A stretch of DNA of 40,552 nt from a virus (Duplodnaviria > Caudoviricetes). Below the pieces are notes generated by a model. It searched no databases, was not told the DNA's origin, and saw only the letters and a program-made list of their open reading frames with translations. Shown in pieces: positions 35,802-40,552 of this stretch (its first letter is position 1; each line of letters opens with the position of its first letter). A program made the position numbers and the translations under genes. The stretch spans positions 1 through 40,552 of IMG/VR virus record IMGVR_UViG_3300021560_000029. One strand, given 5' to 3'.

Positions 35802-35802
35802 T

Positions 35803-36006
35803 TCACGCGCCCCAATCGACGTCACGGTCCACATGCACCGTGTCGGCTTCGGTAAGCGCCGGAGCGGCTTTCGATACTGCGCCGGGGAGCGGAGCCGCTG
35901 TTGCGCGCGCGTCGAACCGGGTGTCAGCCTTCGGGCGGCGTTGTGCTTTTGGTGATGCCGGTGATTTTCTTGATGCGGCCCGGCGTTTCTTTCGCTTTAC
36001 GGCCAT
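35803..36006 (-). CDS. Small basic hypothetical protein
   Basis: GGAG upstream of MAVKRKKRR. Stops adjacent to the next start. Confidence 0.4.
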   Translation of the reverse strand: MAVKRKKRRAASRKSPASPKAQRRPKADTRFDARATAAPLPGAVSKAAPALTEADTVHVDRDVDWGA

Positions 36007-36457
36007 TGATGTACTCCGTGTAATGAGCGGCCGCCACGGCCCTCATGTCAATTGCGTAACGGGCTTCGAAGGCGGCGTGCGGGTCGATTGATTCGTTCGT
36101 GACCCGGCGGCGGCCGTCGAACTCGTCGTGATGATGCCGACACAACGGCGCGCACGTTGAATCCGGGGCTTTGGTCCCCATCCCGCCACGCTCGGTATGA
36201 GCGGGGTCGATGATGCCGAACAGGAACCTCCCGGCGGGTTCGTTGCGCCATTCGGCGAAACGCGGCGGGCCGCCATATTTCGCGCAGACCGCGCACCGGC
36301 ATTCCTTCGAAAGCCAGCGGCGGTATCGCGCGTCCTGCCCCGCTCGCTTCGGCGTGCGCCGGGGAGCAGGAATGCGGACCCTTTGATTGGTCACCCGGAG
36401 CCAACTTGTACGTCTGAGCGGCGTACGCCGCTTCAACTGCGCGGTTTGCCGCCTCAT
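35924..36457 (-). CDS. DUF968-like putative HNH-fold nuclease
   Basis: RYRRWL...CAVC...IDPAH...GGMGTKAPD..CAPLCRHHHDEFD...FEARY.ID. Likely start at ATG 36457. Confidence 0.72.
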   Translation of the reverse strand: MRRQTAQLKRRTPLRRTSWLRVTNQRVRIPAPRRTPKRAGQDARYRRWLSKECRCAVCAKYGGPPRFAEWRNEPAGRFLFGIIDPAHTERGGMGTKAPDSTCAPLCRHHHDEFDGRRRVTNESIDPHAAFEARYAIDMRAVAAAHYTEYINGRKAKETPGRIKKITGITKSTTPPEG

Positions 36458-36486
36458 TTGTGGTCGAAAAATGAGCAGTAAGTGAG

Positions 36487-36972
36487 CTATCGCCCGCTGT
36501 CGCCGCTCACGATCATTCCGAGGAATGCGCGCACGGACGGCGTCTGCGGGTTTACACCCGGCATAGGTCTTGACGGCGTCGGCAGCGTCACCACAACCGG
36601 AGCCGGTGGCGGCAGTCCGCGCGACGGCGCCGCCTGATCCCGCGTGATGTCCTGCGTCACATTGACCGCGCCGCAGAGCAGCGTCGTGATCCAGTTCGAC
36701 GGGCTGGTGATCTGCGCGTCCCACATGAAGGCCGTGCCGCGAAGCTGGCTCGACTGCGTATGTGGCAGGATCAGCGTGATGACGTTGCCGGAAATGGAGG
36801 CGTTGAACTCCGCCGTCACGGTCGGGGCGCTGTCGGCCACCGCCGTCCGGATCTGCGCTTTGGCCGCGTATCCGGTCAGGTCCGCAGGCGTGGTCCCGTC
36901 TTCGTACATCACCGTGATCTGGCAGATGTAATCGTCGCCTTCGTAAATGGCCAGATCGGCGGGCGTTGGCAT
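36487..36972 (-). CDS. BppU-like / fibre-attachment beta-sandwich protein
   Basis: LAIYEGDDY...TPADLTGYAAKAQIR...GNVITL.LP..Q...WD.QI...TLL.G.V.V..DITR. Confidence 0.65.
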   Translation of the reverse strand: MPTPADLAIYEGDDYICQITVMYEDGTTPADLTGYAAKAQIRTAVADSAPTVTAEFNASISGNVITLILPHTQSSQLRGTAFMWDAQITSPSNWITTLLCGAVNVTQDITRDQAAPSRGLPPPAPVVVTLPTPSRPMPGVNPQTPSVRAFLGMIVSGDSGR

Positions 36973-36973
36973 C

Positions 36974-37939
36974 TCAGTCGTACTCGATCCACGAAACGAT
37001 GGTCGGAGCGCCCTGCGTTACCACGCATTCGTAATAGTGCCCGGTGAGCACCATGAAGAAAATCTGCGTCGTGATCCCGCTGGAGTTCGAGGGATCGGAC
37101 ATCTGCGCCACCAGCGATGTCGGCGGATTCGAAGCATCCGTGTACACGTTAATCGAGGATGATTTGGCCTGAAGATTCCAGCAGCAGCTCACGAAGATGG
37201 TCTTGCCGGTGGTGTTCTGATACACCACGCCCGCTGCGCGGCTGCCGCTGACATCGGTCTGATTCGTGATGGCGAGCGAAACGCCGTTGCGCCTGTAAGC
37301 GCCGGTGACGTTCACATCGCCCTGCACCTGCATTCCTGTACCCTGCACGACGAGCGCAGGAGACGAGTCATCGGGAGCAAGGACCGTGACATGCCCTGCC
37401 GTATCCACCGTCAGGCGGTTCGTGTACTGAGTCTGAATGCCGAAGTCGCTGGACCGGCTGTTGATACTCAGCGCCTGAATGTTATTCCCGTTCAGCAGAT
37501 CGTGACCGGCCGCGTCGATATCCTGCACCCACGGCGTCTGCGATGCGCCGACAGTGTTCAGCGCCGCCGATGTCTGCACCGAACCGTCCGGAAACTGGAT
37601 GCCCGCGCCCTCGACGATGAGCGGCGGCGTGGCGTCATCGGTCGGATACAGCGTGAACTGCCCGTTCGTGTTCATATACAGGCGCCCGCGCCCGCCGCTG
37701 TTATAGAGGGTCAGGGCATCGCTGTATGAACTGATGAACGAGGCGTTGAAAACCAGAACGCCACCGGCCTGCGCGGTTATGTTCGACCCTGCGGCGACGA
37801 AGCTGAGGGTCATCAGGTTGGTGAGGTTGAACTCGCCCGCGTCGATATCGGATAGCCAGGGCGACTGCGCGCCGGGCGGTCCCGGCGGACCGGGTTGGGC
37901 GATGCTGACCGTGAATGCCGGTGGCAGAGAAGTGCTCAC
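36974..37939 (-). CDS. Tail-fibre/whisker-like protein
   Basis: Collagen-like QPGPPGPPG, Q(S/T)PW..DIDA repeats, GIQFPDGSVQTSA and a C-terminal R..GVVYQNTTGKTIFV domain. Confidence 0.7.
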   Translation of the reverse strand: MSTSLPPAFTVSIAQPGPPGPPGAQSPWLSDIDAGEFNLTNLMTLSFVAAGSNITAQAGGVLVFNASFISSYSDALTLYNSGGRGRLYMNTNGQFTLYPTDDATPPLIVEGAGIQFPDGSVQTSAALNTVGASQTPWVQDIDAAGHDLLNGNNIQALSINSRSSDFGIQTQYTNRLTVDTAGHVTVLAPDDSSPALVVQGTGMQVQGDVNVTGAYRRNGVSLAITNQTDVSGSRAAGVVYQNTTGKTIFVSCCWNLQAKSSSINVYTDASNPPTSLVAQMSDPSNSSGITTQIFFMVLTGHYYECVVTQGAPTIVSWIEYD

Positions 37940-38172
37940 GCTGCTGTTTCTTTCATGGCCGTGGAATCGGGCTGCACGTCATCGGCGTACATGCCCTTGG
38001 TGTTCTGGCGGGAGACGAAAGTGACGGCCTCGCCCTTTTCCGGCTTCCATCCCGAGAAGCCGATGCGGCTGGCGTGGAAGAAATGATCCGGCGAATTATC
38101 CGCCGTGAGGAAACCGAACCCCTTCGGACCGAACCACTTTACGGTTCCGCGAATTCGTTCTGCGCGTGGCAT
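37936..38172 (-). CDS. Cold-shock domain protein
   Basis: GTVKWF..KGFGFL (RNP1), DHFFHAS (RNP2) and G.AV.F....KG..A.DV. Confidence 0.88.
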   Translation of the reverse strand: MPRAERIRGTVKWFGPKGFGFLTADNSPDHFFHASRIGFSGWKPEKGEAVTFVSRQNTKGMYADDVQPDSTAMKETAA

Positions 38173-38179
38173 GACAGCT

Positions 38180-38557
38180 TCACGCCGCCCGCGCGGTGCA
38201 GGCGTCGACCCCACGGCCGAGCGCGCCCGAGTCCGCGTGCATGATCCGGATGGAGCGCGTTGTGTGTTTTATCAGCATTTCGTCCGGCGCAATGATCGGG
38301 ACGTGCTTCATGTCCGACCGGCGCGCGAGGCCCGATGCTACCGCCCGGTCGTAATTGACGCGCGGGTCGGCGGGCGTGAATTTGTACGGGCGCTTGAAGC
38401 GGCTGATCAGAAACACCGCCATCGGATGCTCGGCTGACGGGAAAGCTACACCCTGAAGGATGAGCGTGATAGCCGCATTAATGGAAAGCGGCCCCCTGAA
38501 CGTTCCCTGTGGATTGAGAACCGTAATCAGGTCTTGTTTCTTACGTTTTTTTGCCAT
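38180..38557 (-). CDS. Hypothetical protein (first gene of the leftward unit)
   Basis: 125 aa ORF with a basic N-terminus, after a long intergenic region. Confidence 0.55.
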   Translation of the reverse strand: MAKKRKKQDLITVLNPQGTFRGPLSINAAITLILQGVAFPSAEHPMAVFLISRFKRPYKFTPADPRVNYDRAVASGLARRSDMKHVPIIAPDEMLIKHTTRSIRIMHADSGALGRGVDACTARAA

Positions 38558-38575
38558 GTTGAAGTGATCGGGCAG

Positions 38576-38684
38576 TGCGGGCGCAGCTGTGGCGTGGGGC
38601 CGATGAGTTCGCTGTCCCTACTATCCGGGCAGCGCATCGGTGCCATCCGCGCGAGGCGGCGCCGCACAGGCTTGCGCCCGTGCA
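38576..38684 (-). other. Structured leader/ncRNA-like multi-stem element
   Basis: Nested complementary pairs CGGGCGCA/TGCGCCCG, CTGTG/CACAG, CCGATG/CATCGG and CGCTG/CAGCG. Confidence 0.5.
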
Positions 38685-38912
38685 AGGGGGGTGTTTCAGG
38701 GTGATGTGAGCGGGCCGGGTTTACTTCCGCTCGATTATTTGGTTGATTTTTAACAGAAACTCAACCGGAATTGCAAGCCCTGCTTCGGGGGTGTGCAAAG
38801 ACCCGACTGCCCATCATTGCACGGCCGCGCAAAAAGACTCGGTTTTCTTCGAAAAAGAGTTGCTTGTTCCAGGCGAAAAATCTGAAGGTGGTCCTGTCAG
38901 GAAAACCACCAC

Positions 38913-39128
38913 ATGACAACGCAGAACGCCAAAATCACCCTCGAAGATTCCCTGGACATCGCCTTTCGCGGCATGGCCCTCGACCTCGGTTACAAAACGC
39001 CGGACGATTATGCCGACGCCCTGCACGACGAGTCAGAACCGTATTTCAACGAAGAGTATGAATACGAGAAGGCGATGGATTACAAATATTTTCTCGCCCA
39101 CGGCGGCGATCCCTGGTGGGCGCAGTAA
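38913..39128 (+). CDS. Small acidic early protein
   Basis: AGGAAAACCACCAC leader before the ATG. Confidence 0.65.
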   Translation: MTTQNAKITLEDSLDIAFRGMALDLGYKTPDDYADALHDESEPYFNEEYEYEKAMDYKYFLAHGGDPWWAQ

Positions 39129-39162
39129 AAAGCGCCCCCGCCCGGAAAGGAAACCACCACCC

Positions 39163-39360
39163 ATGACGATCACATGCAGCTTTTGCGGAAAAGACCTCTC
39201 GAAGGCTTCCGCCTATACCCGCAATTTCACGGACGATACGCGCCGCTGCGAGGACTGCGAACCGCCCGCCGCCCGGCCCGCCGCATCGGAGACGATCCGG
39301 CGCAAACCGGCGCAGCTGGAATGGGTGGCCGCCCCGCCCCACCGCAGCGCGTACAAATAA
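39163..39360 (+). CDS. Small Zn-ribbon early protein
   Basis: Same AGGAAAACCACCAC leader, then MTITCSFCG...RRCEDC. Confidence 0.6.
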   Translation: MTITCSFCGKDLSKASAYTRNFTDDTRRCEDCEPPAARPAASETIRRKPAQLEWVAAPPHRSAYK

Positions 39361-39385
39361 AAGCGGGAAAAATTCAACGCGTCCC

Positions 39386-39414
39386 TTGCACAAAACAAGC
39401 CCCTTGGTGATACT
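39386..39414 (+). promoter_or_regulatory. Sigma70-type promoter
   Basis: TTGCAC-N17-GATACT upstream of AAAGGA RBS and ATG 39457. Confidence 0.55.
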
Positions 39415-39456
39415 GAAACAGACCGCACAAACCACCCGAAAAAAGGAACAACGAAA

Positions 39457-40552
39457 ATGACCACCCAGCAAGCCATTGTGAAATATGCCCACGCCGGATA
39501 CCCGGCGGTGGCAATCAATACCGCCGACGAGGACCGCGCAGTCGCGATCATGTCCGAGGCCCTCAACCGCCCCAATTCGTACCGCATCGCCGCCAAGGGC
39601 GGCCTGATCGATGTCCGTACCAGCGAGACGGTAAACGCCTCGGCGACATACGCGCAGGCATTCGAGCAGGCGGCCGCCGACGATACGGTGATCTTCGTCC
39701 TCGATTTCCAGCACCGCATTAAGCAGCCGGTCGATTACCGCAGCCTCCGCGATTCCCTCAACCGGATCAAAGCGGCGGGCGGGATGATTATCCTGGTCGC
39801 GCCCTCCTGGGTCATGCCCGCCGAAGTCGAGCACGATATCCCGGTGATGCAGGATTCCCTGCCGAGCCGCGAGGAACTGACCACGGCGCTGAATGTATGC
39901 GTCACCGCCACGGGCGCCGCCCTCGATGAGGAAACCCGCAACCGCATGCTCGACGCCGCGCGCGGCCTGACCCTTTCCGAAGCGGAAGGCGCGATGGCCC
40001 TTTCCTTCGACGGCCGCAAATTTGACCCGGCCGCCGTATCCGAGGAAAAGATGAAGCTGGTCCGGCAGTCGGGATACCTCGAAGTCCAGCCCCCGGCGAA
40101 TCCCGAGGACGTCGGCGGCCTCTACGGCGCCCGCGAATACATCACCAACGAAATCATGCCGGTCCTCGGCGATCCCGACCTCGCGGTGCGCGGCATGATG
40201 CTGGTCGGCGTGCCGGGCACCGGGAAATCCCTCCTCGCCCGCGCCCTCGGCGCCATGCTGAACCGCCCGACCCTGCGGTGCGATATCGGGTCGTTGAAGG
40301 GTTCATTGCAGGGCGAATCCGAGCGCAAAATGCGCGAGATGCTCAAACTCGCCGAGGCGGTCGCGCCGGTGGTCCTCTATTTCGACGAAATCGAAAAGGG
40401 CCTGAGCGGCCACGCCAGCAGCGCCCAGACGGACGGCGGCACGCTCAACACCATGATCGGCACCCTGCTCAACTGGATGCAGGAACACAAGAGCGACATT
40501 ATCGTGGTCGCGACCTGCAACGATTTCTCGAAACTGCCCGCTGAATTCACCC
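39457..40552 (+). CDS. AAA+ ATPase, Ycf46-like (partial, runs off right edge)
   Basis: Not in the ORF track. Manual translation gives MTTQQAIVKYAHAGYPAVAINTADEDRA...GLTLSEAE...DVGGL...GMMLVGVPGTGKS (Walker A)...GESE...VLYFDEIEK (Walker B)...VATCN. Confidence 0.88.
   Translation, partial: MTTQQAIVKYAHAGYPAVAINTADEDRAVAIMSEALNRPNSYRIAAKGGLIDVRTSETVNASATYAQAFEQAAADDTVIFVLDFQHRIKQPVDYRSLRDSLNRIKAAGGMIILVAPSWVMPAEVEHDIPVMQDSLPSREELTTALNVCVTATGAALDEETRNRMLDAARGLTLSEAEGAMALSFDGRKFDPAAVSEEKMKLVRQSGYLEVQPPANPEDVGGLYGAREYITNEIMPVLGDPDLAVRGMMLVGVPGTGKSLLARALGAMLNRPTLRCDIGSLKGSLQGESERKMREMLKLAEAVAPVVLYFDEIEKGLSGHASSAQTDGGTLNTMIGTLLNWMQEHKSDIIVVATCNDFSKLPAEFT

Noticed and set aside
38560-38700. tRNA gene
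   Set aside because: No T-loop GTTCRA, D-loop or cloverleaf spacing.

Overview
The whole window looks like a GC-rich (~60-65%) tailed-phage or prophage genome segment of the contractile-tail type with DUF2213 protease, DUF2184 capsid and DUF3383 sheath. The late and structural genes run on the minus strand from ~38.5 kb to the left edge: cold-shock-domain and fibre-like genes, holin-like gene, small and large terminase, MuF-like head protein, portal, protease/scaffold, cement, major capsid, neck, sheath, tube, chaperone, tape measure with lytic transglycosylase, and baseplate. A divergent early-type unit starts at ~38.9 kb and includes a truncated AAA ATPase. No tRNA, rRNA, integrase or CRISPR array was seen. 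Family assignments come from motif recognition by eye, not database searches. Five features stand out. (1) An intein in the MuF gene whose endonuclease (HTH plus Vsr/DUF559-like) is encoded on the opposite strand inside the intein. (2) A ~1.4 kb array of ~40-45 same-orientation CCGANGCGA motifs with variable spacers, directly downstream of a ParB-like gene. (3) Three modular proteins that share an R-x-R-M-H-R-A-L-D-x-M-I-D segment with the scaffold and are punctuated by putative Asp-ending protease sites, suggesting a capsid-cargo polyprotein system. (4) Five HNH genes inserted antisense at structural-gene junctions, mostly with leaderless-type promoters. (5) A clear -1 frameshift signal in the tail chaperone.
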